Assembly: GCA_964536195.1 (NCBI GenBank)
Contig: CAZHVO010000001.1
Location: forward strand, 1-53,072
Origin: an uncultured Planctomycetia bacterium
Lineage (GTDB): Bacteria > Omnitrophota > Gorgyraeia > Duberdicusellales > 4484-171
DNA length: 53,072 nucleotides
Direction of reading: 5' to 3'
Below are positions 25,638-34,913 of this stretch, one piece after another; position 1 is the first letter of the stretch, and each line of letters begins with the position of its first letter. A program made the translations under genes and the position numbers. The notes below the pieces were generated by a model. The model searched no databases and was not told the origin of the DNA. It worked only from the letters and a program-made list of their open reading frames with translations.

Positions 25638-25644
25638 TCAATAG

Positions 25645-26931
25645 GTGATGATGGAAAATTTTACAGTAGTAATATTAGCCGGCGGCAAGGGTAAGAGGAT
25701 GGGGTCAACTTCGCCTAAAGCCCTTTGTAATTTATTAGGCCAGGCTTTAATTCTCTACCCCTTAAGGGAGGTCTTGAAGCTAAAGCGATATCTTAAAGAG
25801 ATAATTGTTGTAGTAGGGTATAAGGCTGGAGAGGTTCGGCAAGAGGTAAAGAGATCTTTCCCGAAGAAGCAGAAGATAAAATTTGTTTATCAGCCTAAGA
25901 TGTTAGGAACTGCTAACGCTTTAGCCCTAGCTTATAAAAAGGTAAAACATAATAATGTTTTAGTTCTCTGTACTGATACTCCCTTAATAAGTGCCGAAAC
26001 CCTCAAAGCTTTTATCTCAGCATTTTTAAAGAAAAAGGTCTCTTGTTCGGTGCTTAGTGCTGATTTGAGCTATAAGAATTCTTTGGGAGTCATCTTAAGA
26101 GATAAACAAGGAAAAGTAAAGGGAATCAGAGAAAAGATTACCCTTGGTTCTAGGCCAGTGAGAGGATTTATTAGCGAAGAGGTAAATAGTGGAATATATT
26201 GTTTTAAGAGGAAGGTTTTGGGGAAAAACCTTCCTAGAATAAAGAAGAATAAGAGGAAAAAGGAGTATTTTCTTACTGATATAGTAGAAATTCTTTATTC
26301 TCGAGGGGAGAAGCTAGATACCTATTTTCTAGATAGAGCTGAGGAAATCTTAGGCATAAATAATCAAAGAGACCTTTGGAAAGTTAATAAATTAATGCGC
26401 CAGAAGATGTTAGAGGAGTTAGTAACGAAAGGGGTTAAGGTTATTGACCCTGAAGTTACCTTTATCGAAGCTGGGGTCAAAATTGGGAAGAATACCATAA
26501 TTTACCCCTTTACCTTCATTGAGAAAGGTGCTATAATTGGCAACAATTGTTCCCTGGGCCCTTTTGTGCGTATACGTGGGAATAGCTCCGTTGGCGATAA
26601 TGCTCAGGTGGGCAATTTCCTGGAAATAAACCGTACCCAAGTAGGAAAGAAGGTAAGAATAAAGCACTTTGGTTATTTGGGAGATACACGAATAGCTGAT
26701 AGGGTTAATATCGGTGCTGGCACTGTAGTTGCCAACTATGATGGTAAACATAAGCATAAGACCGATATTAAAGAAGGTGCTTTTATTGGGTCAGATACTG
26801 TCTTGGTGGCCCCAGTTAAAGTAGGTAGAGGTGCAGTTACTGGCGCCGGGAGTGTTGTTACTAAAAACATTGAACCCAATACAGTAGTAGTGGGCGTTCC
26901 GGCAAGAAAGTTAAAGAAAAAAAGAGGGTAG
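25645..26931 (+). CDS. glmU: Bifunctional UDP-N-acetylglucosamine pyrophosphorylase / glucosamine-1-phosphate N-acetyltransferase
   Basis: VILAGGKGKRM N-terminal nucleotidyltransferase motif and a C-terminal left-handed beta-helix of hexapeptide repeats. Start is GTG 25645 or ATG 25648. Confidence 0.9.
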   Translation: MMMENFTVVILAGGKGKRMGSTSPKALCNLLGQALILYPLREVLKLKRYLKEIIVVVGYKAGEVRQEVKRSFPKKQKIKFVYQPKMLGTANALALAYKKVKHNNVLVLCTDTPLISAETLKAFISAFLKKKVSCSVLSADLSYKNSLGVILRDKQGKVKGIREKITLGSRPVRGFISEEVNSGIYCFKRKVLGKNLPRIKKNKRKKEYFLTDIVEILYSRGEKLDTYFLDRAEEILGINNQRDLWKVNKLMRQKMLEELVTKGVKVIDPEVTFIEAGVKIGKNTIIYPFTFIEKGAIIGNNCSLGPFVRIRGNSSVGDNAQVGNFLEINRTQVGKKVRIKHFGYLGDTRIADRVNIGAGTVVANYDGKHKHKTDIKEGAFIGSDTVLVAPVKVGRGAVTGAGSVVTKNIEPNTVVVGVPARKLKKKRG

Positions 26932-26934
26932 ACT

Positions 26935-27873
26935 ATGGATAAAATGATAGTTTTCAGCGGGACAGCCAATAGGAAATTATCTGAGAAGATTGCTAAAAGC
27001 TTGAAGGTTAAACTGGGGAAATTAACTGTTTCCCGATTTAGCGACGGAGAAATTGGAGTAAAGGTTCACGAGAATGTAAGAGGCAAAGATGTTTTTGTTA
27101 TTCAACCTACTTGTCCGCCGGTAAATGAGAATTTAATAGAGTTGTTGATTGTCCTTGATGCTTTACGTAGAGCTTCGGCTTCTAGAATAACTGCAGTAAT
27201 TCCTTATTTTGGCTATGCCAGGCAGGACAGAAAGGATCAGCCTCGGGTTCCGATCACTGCCAAACTAGTAGCTAATATTTTATATGGAGCAGGAGTAAGT
27301 CGAGTATTAACTTTAGAGTTGCACGCTGGTCAGATTCAAGGCTTTTTTGATATCCCGGTGGATCATCTCTATGGGATTAATACCATAGTGGATTATTTTA
27401 ACAAGACAAAGACTAATAATTTAGTAATTGTCTCTCCTGATGTCGGCGGAATAAAGATGGCTCGGGCCTATGCCAAAAGATTTAGAGCCGGATTAGCAAT
27501 TGTTGATAAAAGAAGAAATACTCCTGAGTCCACAGAGGTTATGAATATATTAGGTGAGGTTAAGGATAAGAATGTTATTATAGTTGACGATATAGTTGCT
27601 ACTGGTTCTTCTTTAGCTGAGGCAGCCAGAGCCTTGAAGAGAGCTGGAGCAAAGAAGATATTCGCCGCTATTACTCATGGTATCTTATCTAATGATGCTG
27701 TCGGTAAGATAAATAAGTCTTGCATTGATTCCTTGATAATTACTGATTCTATTCCTTTAGATGAGAATAAGAAGTCTAAGAAGGTAAAGATTGTTTCTGT
27801 GGGTAGCCTTTTTGCCGAAGCAATAAAGAGAATTCACTTTGAGAAGTCAATAAGCGTACTTTTTGACCAATAG
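26935..27873 (+). CDS. prs: Ribose-phosphate pyrophosphokinase
   Basis: GYARQDRK, ELHAGQIQGFFDIPVDHL and the PRPP-binding motif IIVDDIVATGSSL. Confidence 0.95.
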   Translation: MDKMIVFSGTANRKLSEKIAKSLKVKLGKLTVSRFSDGEIGVKVHENVRGKDVFVIQPTCPPVNENLIELLIVLDALRRASASRITAVIPYFGYARQDRKDQPRVPITAKLVANILYGAGVSRVLTLELHAGQIQGFFDIPVDHLYGINTIVDYFNKTKTNNLVIVSPDVGGIKMARAYAKRFRAGLAIVDKRRNTPESTEVMNILGEVKDKNVIIVDDIVATGSSLAEAARALKRAGAKKIFAAITHGILSNDAVGKINKSCIDSLIITDSIPLDENKKSKKVKIVSVGSLFAEAIKRIHFEKSISVLFDQ

Positions 27874-27885
27874 GGAGATGATGCA

Positions 27886-28602
27886 ATGGAGAGGACAAAA
27901 GTTAAAGTCGAAAAAAGAGAAGTAGTAGGCAAAGAAGGTGTAAAGAGATTACGCAAACGGGGTTATGTTCCAGCAGTAGTGTATAGCAACGACATTAATA
28001 TTGCGTTGTCAATTCCCGTTATTGGCCTTAAGATCTTGCGGTCGATAGGTTTTTCTGAGAGTGCTGTCATTGACATGGAGATAGTTGGTGAGAAGAAAGC
28101 TAAATCTATTCCGGTTCTCATTAAGGATATTCAATTTCATCCCCTTACTGAGGATGTTATCCATGTTGATTTCCTAAAGGTTTCCTTGAGCGAAAAGTTA
28201 AAAGTCAATGTTCCGATAGTGCTTAAGGGTGAGTCAAAACAGGTTAAGGAAGAAAGCGGAACCCTGGAGCAGATTCTAAGAGAGTTAGAAGTGGAAGGTC
28301 TTCCTTTAGATATTCCTGAGAAGGTAGAGGTGGATGTTACTGAGTTAACAATTGGTCATTCCCTACATGTTTCTGATTTAACTGTTACCGGTAATGTGGC
28401 AGTCATAACCGATTCTCAAGTGACTGTAGTTACAGCTTTGGCTAAGGAAGAAGAGGTTGAAGAAGAAGTCCTAGCCGAGGAAGAGGTTTCTACGGAACCA
28501 GAGGTTATTAAAGAGAAGAAGGAAGGAGCACCAGGCGAAGGCGAGGGAAAGGAAACACTAAAAGAAGAAGCTAAGAAAGAAGAGAAAGAGAAAAAAGAAT
28601 AG
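27886..28602 (+). CDS. rplY: 50S ribosomal protein L25 / general stress protein Ctc form
   Basis: GKEGVKRLRKRGYVPAVVY N-terminus, a two-domain Ctc length and an acidic/Lys-rich tail. It sits in the conserved prs-ctc-pth order. Confidence 0.85.
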   Translation: MERTKVKVEKREVVGKEGVKRLRKRGYVPAVVYSNDINIALSIPVIGLKILRSIGFSESAVIDMEIVGEKKAKSIPVLIKDIQFHPLTEDVIHVDFLKVSLSEKLKVNVPIVLKGESKQVKEESGTLEQILRELEVEGLPLDIPEKVEVDVTELTIGHSLHVSDLTVTGNVAVITDSQVTVVTALAKEEEVEEEVLAEEEVSTEPEVIKEKKEGAPGEGEGKETLKEEAKKEEKEKKE

Positions 28603-28627
28603 AAGAGTAACTGTAATTAGGGAGAGA

Positions 28628-29197
28628 GTGAAAATAATCTTTGGTTTGGGTAATCCCGGCCAGCAATATAGGAATAATCGACATAATGTTGGTTATAAAG
28701 TTCTTGAGAGCTTAGCAAACAATCAGAACTTAGAGTTTAAGAGAAGTTTTAGGACATCTTCTTACATCGTCAAAAAGAAAGATCCTCGAGGTTGGGTTTT
28801 TCTTGTTAAGCCCCGTACTTTCATGAACAATTCGGGGTTGTGCGTAAAGAAGGTTTTAAATAAGTATAAGGTTAATCTTTCAGATATTTTGGTAATTTAT
28901 GACGATACTGACTTGCCTCTAGGTAAAATTAGGTTTAGAGCTGGAGGTTCTTGTGCTGGGCATCGAGGCATGACTTCGATAGTATCAGCCTTAGAGAGCG
29001 AAGAGATTAACAGGCTAAGAGTAGGCATTGGCAGCTCGCAAGGCCAGGAGTTATCTGATTACGTTCTTTCTGATTTTTCCAAAACAGAAAGAGAAGTCTT
29101 AGATAGTGCTATTCCCGAGGCAGCATCAGCATCTTGGGATTGGGTTAATGAAGGGATTGACTTTTCGATGCAAAAATATAACAGACGAGGAGGATAA
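28628..29197 (+). CDS. pth: Peptidyl-tRNA hydrolase
   Basis: GTG start. Contains IIFGLGNPGQQYRNNRHNVG and the GHRGMTS-type motif. Confidence 0.9.
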   Translation: MKIIFGLGNPGQQYRNNRHNVGYKVLESLANNQNLEFKRSFRTSSYIVKKKDPRGWVFLVKPRTFMNNSGLCVKKVLNKYKVNLSDILVIYDDTDLPLGKIRFRAGGSCAGHRGMTSIVSALESEEINRLRVGIGSSQGQELSDYVLSDFSKTEREVLDSAIPEAASASWDWVNEGIDFSMQKYNRRGG

Positions 29198-29199
29198 TA

Positions 29200-29538
29200 G
29201 TGAGCAGAGATTACGAAAACATGATTATTTTAAAGCCAGATTTGGACGACAAGGAAAGAGAAGAAGTCTTCGATAAGATCTCCAAGCGAATTAAGGACTT
29301 AAAGGGAGAGGTGTCGGCTTCCGCGGTGTGGATTAAGGAGAGAAAATTCTATTATTTCCTACGCTCAAGAGGTGCTGAGAAGAAGAAATATTATAAAGGT
29401 TGTTACTGGCTTATTAATTTTACCCTAGATGTAGAAAAGCTGCCTGAGTTAAAAGAGACGATAAGGTTAGAAGAGAGAATTTTAAGAAATCTTATTGTAA
29501 GTCGAGAAGGTAAGGTTAAATCCGGACTTACTAGTTAA
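29200..29538 (+). CDS. rpsF: 30S ribosomal protein S6
   Basis: GTG start. 112 aa with YENMIILKPDL, in the conserved rpsF-ssb-rpsR context. Confidence 0.85.
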   Translation: MSRDYENMIILKPDLDDKEREEVFDKISKRIKDLKGEVSASAVWIKERKFYYFLRSRGAEKKKYYKGCYWLINFTLDVEKLPELKETIRLEERILRNLIVSREGKVKSGLTS

Positions 29539-29558
29539 GCTTAGTCAGGGAGGTAAAA

Positions 29559-29984
29559 ATGGTTAGTTTAAACAAAGTATCTTTAATTGGGAATTTAACT
29601 AAAGACCCAGAGTTAAGATATACACCTCAGGGGACAGCCGTAACTACTCTGCGGATAGCTGCTAATAGGTCATTTAAAGGTAAAGACGGGCAGATTAATA
29701 AAGATACTTGTTTTGTTAATGTTGTTGTTTGGGCTCAGATGGCTGAAGTTTGCAATCAATATTTGCAAAAGGGCAGAGGTGTCTTTGTAGAAGGAAGGCT
29801 CCAGTCTCGCTCTTGGCAAAATAACGAGGGTAAAAACAGAAGTGTTTTAGAGGTGGTGGCTACAAGAGTACAATTCATGCCTGGAGGTCAAAGACAGGAG
29901 TCTCGCGAAGTAGACTTAGGGGAAGAACCAGTAGAAGTTTTAAGTTCAGAGAGTAATGGTGAAAAATCAGGAGAAGCGATTTAA
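29559..29984 (+). CDS. ssb: Single-stranded DNA-binding protein (no canonical acidic D-D-D-I/L-P-F tip)
   Basis: OB-fold N-terminus [25 protein letters not shown]...SW. The C-terminus ends [12 protein letters not shown]. Confidence 0.85.
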   Translation: MVSLNKVSLIGNLTKDPELRYTPQGTAVTTLRIAANRSFKGKDGQINKDTCFVNVVVWAQMAEVCNQYLQKGRGVFVEGRLQSRSWQNNEGKNRSVLEVVATRVQFMPGGQRQESREVDLGEEPVEVLSSESNGEKSGEAI

Positions 29985-29985
29985 A

Positions 29986-30264
29986 ATGTTTAAAAAAAAG
30001 AAGTCAAAAGACGATAAAACTAAAAGAGCTCCTAGAAAAGGGGTAGGTATTAGGATTCAGAAAGATTGTGTTTTCTGTAAAAATGACCTAGAGATTGACT
30101 ACAAGAATTTAGAACTTCTTACCCGCTATGTGTCTTCACGTGGAAAGATTCTTTCTCGGCGCATCAGCGGTAATTGCGCCAAGCATCAAAGGAAGGTGTC
30201 TCGAGAGATTAAGCGAGCAAGGTTTCTTAATTTGGTTCCATACACAGGAAGAGTTTTTTCTTAA
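29986..30264 (+). CDS. rpsR: 30S ribosomal protein S18
   Basis: [42 protein letters not shown] matches S18. ATG 29986 follows AGGAG. The track start 29956 would overlap ssb by 29 nt. Confidence 0.85.
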   Translation: MFKKKKSKDDKTKRAPRKGVGIRIQKDCVFCKNDLEIDYKNLELLTRYVSSRGKILSRRISGNCAKHQRKVSREIKRARFLNLVPYTGRVFS

Positions 30265-30279
30265 AGGGGGAGCAGCAAG

Positions 30280-30723
30280 ATGAAGGTAATTCTTCTTAAA
30301 GATTCAAATAAGTTGGGTAAGGAAGGGGATACCGTAGAGGTCAAAGATGGTTATGCCTATAACTACCTTATCCCTCAAGGATTAGCCCTTGTTGTTACCA
30401 AGGGGAGTTTTAAGCGGCTTGAGGAGATAAAAAGAGTTAAGACTAAGGTAGAAGAGAGGAAAAAGAAGGATTTTTCAAAGATAAAAGAGAAAATTGAAAA
30501 GATTTCCTTAACTGTCACTGCTGAGGCTAAAGACGACGAAGAGCTTTATGGAACTATTAACGAGGCCCAGATTTTGAAGCTTCTGCAGCCTGAAGGCATA
30601 GAGTTAGAAAAAGATTCCTTAGTTTTAGATGAGCCAATAAAGAAATTGGGAGTTTACAATTTAAAGGTAAACGTATACTCCGGAGTAGAAGCAACTTTGC
30701 GTGTTTGGGTTGTGAAAAAATAA
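30280..30723 (+). CDS. rplI: 50S ribosomal protein L9
   Basis: MKVILLKD..KLGKEGDTVEVKDGYAYNYLIPQGLA is the canonical L9 N-terminus. Confidence 0.92.
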   Translation: MKVILLKDSNKLGKEGDTVEVKDGYAYNYLIPQGLALVVTKGSFKRLEEIKRVKTKVEERKKKDFSKIKEKIEKISLTVTAEAKDDEELYGTINEAQILKLLQPEGIELEKDSLVLDEPIKKLGVYNLKVNVYSGVEATLRVWVVKK

Positions 30724-30733
30724 TCATACCCTA

Positions 30734-32086
30734 ATGAGCGTAGATAGTCCTATCAAACAGTTAGATAAAATCCCGCCTCAGAATATCGAAGCAGAGATGG
30801 CTACTTTGGGGGCAATGCTAATTGATGAAAAGGTCATAGCAGAAGTCCTTGAGTTTGTCTTTGCGGATTCATTCTACAAAAGGGAACACCAGATAATTTT
30901 TGAAGCCATTGTTTCTCTTTTTGATGCCCGGAAAAAAGTCGATATTCTAACAGTTTCAGAAACCTTAAGTAAAAAGAAGATGCTCGAGAAGACTGGCGGT
31001 AGTGTTTATTTAACTACTTTAGCTGATTTTGTTCCTAACTCTGCTAGTGCCTCCCACTATGCCCGTATTATTAAAGAAAAAGAAATTCTGCGTTCTTTGA
31101 TAGCAAGCGCTAACGAAATCGCAACTTCAGTGTATAAGGAGCAGGGAGAAGTCAGCAGTATTTTAGATAAAGCCGAAAAACTTATTTTTGAAATAAGCGA
31201 TCGTCGTGTAGAAGGCAGTTACGTTCATATAAAAGATATAATTAAGGATGGTATTGAGCTTATCGAGTCTCTTTATCATAAAAAGTCGCGTGTAACTGGA
31301 ATACCTACCGGATTTAAGGATTTTGACTTAAAGACTGCTGGTTTGCAAAAGGGCGATTTAATAATTGCTGCTGGTAGGCCGTCAATGGGTAAAAGTGCTT
31401 TTGTTACTTCTATTGCCGGTTACGTAGCTGTAGAGGAGAAGGTGCCGGTAGCTATTTTTAGTCTAGAAATGTCTAAAGAGCAGCTTATGCAGCGTTTCTT
31501 ATGTGCACAAGCTAAAGTTGAAATTAATCGGGTTAGAACTGGTTTTCTTGCTCCTTCAGAGTGGCCAATTTTAACTAATGCTGCTGGAAAGTTATCTGAG
31601 GCTCCTATTTATATTGACGATACGCCAGCTTTGAATATTTTTGAAATAAGATCTAAGGCAAGGCGGTTAAAAGCTCACCACAACGTTCAACTTATCCTTG
31701 TAGATTATTTACAGTTAATTAGAGGTATGCGTCGAGGTGATAATCGACAACAGGAAATATCAGATATCTCTCAAAGTCTAAAGGCCTTGGCTAAAGAGTT
31801 GAGCGTTCCGGTAATTGCTGTGAGCCAGCTATCAAGAGCTGTTGAGTTGCGAGAAGGTCACCGTCCTAAATTATCAGATTTAAGAGAGTCTGGGGCGCTT
31901 GAGCAAGACTCAGACGTAGTCGTTCTTTTATTTAGAGAAGAGTATTATAAGCCTACCGATGAGAATCAAGGTATCGCCGATGTTATTATTGCTAAACAGA
32001 GAAATGGTCCAGTAGGAACGATTAAGCTGACTTTCTTGAAGGAATATACTAAATTTGTCGATATGGCCAGAGAAAAGGAGGATTGA
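30734..32086 (+). CDS. dnaB: Replicative DNA helicase
   Basis: IPPQNIEAEMATLGAML N-terminus, Walker A GRPSMGKSAF, and the LILVDYLQL and SQLSRAVE motifs. 450 aa, no intein. Confidence 0.95.
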   Translation: MSVDSPIKQLDKIPPQNIEAEMATLGAMLIDEKVIAEVLEFVFADSFYKREHQIIFEAIVSLFDARKKVDILTVSETLSKKKMLEKTGGSVYLTTLADFVPNSASASHYARIIKEKEILRSLIASANEIATSVYKEQGEVSSILDKAEKLIFEISDRRVEGSYVHIKDIIKDGIELIESLYHKKSRVTGIPTGFKDFDLKTAGLQKGDLIIAAGRPSMGKSAFVTSIAGYVAVEEKVPVAIFSLEMSKEQLMQRFLCAQAKVEINRVRTGFLAPSEWPILTNAAGKLSEAPIYIDDTPALNIFEIRSKARRLKAHHNVQLILVDYLQLIRGMRRGDNRQQEISDISQSLKALAKELSVPVIAVSQLSRAVELREGHRPKLSDLRESGALEQDSDVVVLLFREEYYKPTDENQGIADVIIAKQRNGPVGTIKLTFLKEYTKFVDMAREKED

Positions 32087-34392
32087 CTTTGAGAAATAAT
32101 GCCTTTATAATACTTAAAATGATGCAAAAAATCCTTTTGTTTTCACTACTTTTTTGTTTTGCCCTAACAGCATACCCTGAAGACTCTATATCTCGTATTG
32201 ATATTGAGGGAAATGCAATTGTTAGTGACGCTACCATTGTTTCTAAAATCAAAATTCGTGCTGGTCAGTTTTATAATAAAAATGTTATTAATGAGGATGT
32301 GAAAAACCTTTATGCCACAGGGTTTTTCGAGACTGTAGAAGCAGAAAAGGATGAGTCTTTAGAGGGGGTAGTTATTCTTTTTAAGGTTAGAGAGAAACCC
32401 TTGCTTAAGAAGATAACCATTAAAGGAACACGTTTTATTCGCAAGAAAAATATCGAAGATTCTATCGACATAAAAGAGGGATCTTTTGTTGATGAGGTTA
32501 AAGTAAGGGAAGCAACGAGAAAGATAAAAGATCTCTACAACACTAAGGGTTTTTCTCAGGCTGAAGTTACTTACGAGATAAATCCTGTAGTCGATAAGAA
32601 CGAAGTTAGGGTAGAGCTGACTATCAATGAGAAAGGGGTTTTGAAGGTTAGGAGCGTAAAGGTTTTAGGGAATAAGATCATGTCGGCAGGCAGGATTATA
32701 AAATTAATGAAGACCAGAAAAGCCTGGCTCTTTAATCGAGGAGTATTTAAAAAGGAAGTTTTAGAAGATGACATAAGACGTATAAGTGATTTTTATAAAT
32801 TAGAAGGTTTCAGTGATGCCTCAGTAGATATAGATGCTGAGTATTTACCTAAGGGAGTTTATCTTACTGTTAACGTTAAAGAAGGTCAGCGTTATTATGT
32901 AGGTAAGATAACAGTAAAGGGGGTAAGCGAGATTCCTAGTAGCGCTGTGCTTTCGGCAATGGAGTTAGGAGAAGGAAGTATTTATAGTGAACAAGCTGTT
33001 TATGTAGATTCTTCACGAATAAGGGAGGCTTATGTAGATAGAGGGTATATATTCTCTCAGGTTGATCCTTTGAGTCTTCTTAATCCAACGACAGGAAAAA
33101 TAGACATTGCCTATAAGATTGTTGAGAATGATATCGCCTATATTGAGGATATAAATATTAAAGGAAATATTAAAACTAAGGATAAGGTGATTCGTCGAGA
33201 GCTAAGGGTTTATCCTGGCGAGAGGTTTGACGGCAAGAAGATAAGAAAGAGCAAGGATAAATTAGATAATCTGGGATTTTTTGAGGAGATAAGATTTGGT
33301 ACAGAACCAGGTTCTGAGCCCAACAATGTTGATTTAGTCGTTGACGTAAAAGAAGCAAAGACAGGGTATTTTAGTTTTGGAGGAGGTTACAGTTCCATAG
33401 ATGAGTTTATGGGGTTCATAGAGATAAGACAACGTAATTTTGACTACAGAAATTTTTCTACCTTTACTGGTGCTGGTCAGGATTTAAGCGTAATGCTTAG
33501 CATGGGAACTCTGACTAAGCGTTATCAGTTAAGCTTTACTAACCCTTGGATATTTGGTAAGCCGGTTTCTTTTGGCTTTGACGGTTACAGAAGAGGCCAT
33601 GATCAGGATGATAATGTTGGTTATGCTTACAAAGAGGATGTAAAGGGAGGATTATTACGCTTGAACAGAGAGTTCAATGACTATTGGAATGGCGGAGTTG
33701 CTTATAGATTTGAAGATGTCACGATTAGCGACGTTGTCAGTGGTGCGACCACAGAACTTACTAGTGAGATTGGAAATACTGATTTAAGTAGCGTAGAAAC
33801 TCAGCTTTCTTATGACAGTCGTGATAGTGTTTTTTCTCCTTCAAAAGGTCTTTACATTAGGAATGTTTTCCAAGTTTTTGGAGGTCCTTTTGCTGGAGAT
33901 AGAGATTTTATAAAATACTTTGGCCGAATAAGTTTTTATGTTCCGGCGCCTAAGGAGGCAGTAGTGGAGTTAAGGCTTCGAGGAGGTATAGCTTCTGAGT
34001 TTGATGATACTGACAAGATACCTATTTATGAGAGGTTCTTTGCCGGAGGTTCTTCTACTGTTCGTGGCTATCGGGAGAGAAAGGTAGGTCCTATTGATAG
34101 AAGTGCTGAGGATCCAGTAGGCGGAGACAAGATGTTTATAGGAAATATTGAATATACCTATCCTTTGGCTGATTTTTTTAAAGTTGCTACTTTTTTTGAC
34201 ATTGGAAAGGTCTGGGGTAATGAGAGCGTCAACGTTGATGATGGTGAGGTTATGTCTAGTATTGGTATGGGTTTTAGGGTCAATACCCCTATTGGGCCGG
34301 TAAGTGTTGATTACGGCTGGCCTCTAGATACTGAAGCTGGCGAAGAAGACAAAGAGGGAAGATTTCATTTTAATGTAAGCAGATCGTTTTAG
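32083..34392 (+). CDS. bamA: Outer membrane protein assembly factor BamA
   Basis: Signal peptide, five POTRA-like repeats, a C-terminal D15/Omp85 barrel and a terminal Phe (SRSF). The start is uncertain (TTG 32083, TTG 32089 or ATG 32119). Confidence 0.9.
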   Translation: MTLRNNAFIILKMMQKILLFSLLFCFALTAYPEDSISRIDIEGNAIVSDATIVSKIKIRAGQFYNKNVINEDVKNLYATGFFETVEAEKDESLEGVVILFKVREKPLLKKITIKGTRFIRKKNIEDSIDIKEGSFVDEVKVREATRKIKDLYNTKGFSQAEVTYEINPVVDKNEVRVELTINEKGVLKVRSVKVLGNKIMSAGRIIKLMKTRKAWLFNRGVFKKEVLEDDIRRISDFYKLEGFSDASVDIDAEYLPKGVYLTVNVKEGQRYYVGKITVKGVSEIPSSAVLSAMELGEGSIYSEQAVYVDSSRIREAYVDRGYIFSQVDPLSLLNPTTGKIDIAYKIVENDIAYIEDINIKGNIKTKDKVIRRELRVYPGERFDGKKIRKSKDKLDNLGFFEEIRFGTEPGSEPNNVDLVVDVKEAKTGYFSFGGGYSSIDEFMGFIEIRQRNFDYRNFSTFTGAGQDLSVMLSMGTLTKRYQLSFTNPWIFGKPVSFGFDGYRRGHDQDDNVGYAYKEDVKGGLLRLNREFNDYWNGGVAYRFEDVTISDVVSGATTELTSEIGNTDLSSVETQLSYDSRDSVFSPSKGLYIRNVFQVFGGPFAGDRDFIKYFGRISFYVPAPKEAVVELRLRGGIASEFDDTDKIPIYERFFAGGSSTVRGYRERKVGPIDRSAEDPVGGDKMFIGNIEYTYPLADFFKVATFFDIGKVWGNESVNVDDGEVMSSIGMGFRVNTPIGPVSVDYGWPLDTEAGEEDKEGRFHFNVSRSF

Positions 34393-34403
34393 GAGGTGTA
34401 GTC

Positions 34404-34913
34404 ATGAGAAGAATTATCGGATGTTTATTAGTTTTAACAATGATGATGTCATTTTCTTTTACCTGTTTCTCTCAAGATCTAAAGATTGGCTATGTGGATA
34501 TATTCAAAGTCTTTAATGATTATGAGAAGACTAAAGAGTATGATGTCAATTTAGAGAAAAGGAAAAAAGAGGCCGAGAAGAAGCTAGAGATTAAGAAAGA
34601 GACTATTGAGAAACTCCAGGGTAAGTTAGACCTGCTTAAAGAGGGTGAAAAAGCGAAGGAAGAAGAAAAACTCAATAAAGAACTTAAAGAATATCGTGAT
34701 TTAGAAAGGGAAGCTTTTACCGACATAAGAAAAGAAAGAGACGAGAAGATGAAGGATATCGTTGAGGATATTGATAAAATAGTCAAAGATTATGCTAAGG
34801 CAAATGGTTTTGACATAATCGTTAATTCCAACGCTGTTCTCTATGGTGCTAAGACTATGGATGTAACTGATGAGATTCTGAAAATTTCCAATAAGAAGTA
34901 TAAGAAGAAATGA
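34404..34913 (+). CDS. skp: OmpH/Skp periplasmic chaperone
   Basis: Signal peptide, a coiled-coil Lys/Glu-rich core, and a position between bamA and lpxD. Confidence 0.85.
   Translation: MRRIIGCLLVLTMMMSFSFTCFSQDLKIGYVDIFKVFNDYEKTKEYDVNLEKRKKEAEKKLEIKKETIEKLQGKLDLLKEGEKAKEEEKLNKELKEYRDLEREAFTDIRKERDEKMKDIVEDIDKIVKDYAKANGFDIIVNSNAVLYGAKTMDVTDEILKISNKKYKKK

Noticed and set aside
25195-25644. tRNA-associated genomic island or integrative element at tRNA-Gln.
   Set aside because: There is no integrase, no duplicated tRNA 3' end (att site) and only about 380 nt of extra DNA. It was kept only as a small nuclease-plus-repeat insertion.
29956-29985. rpsR start at 29956, overlapping ssb by 29 nt.
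   Set aside because: The internal ATG 29986 follows AGGAG and gives a normal-length S18. The longer form adds 10 residues not typical of S18.
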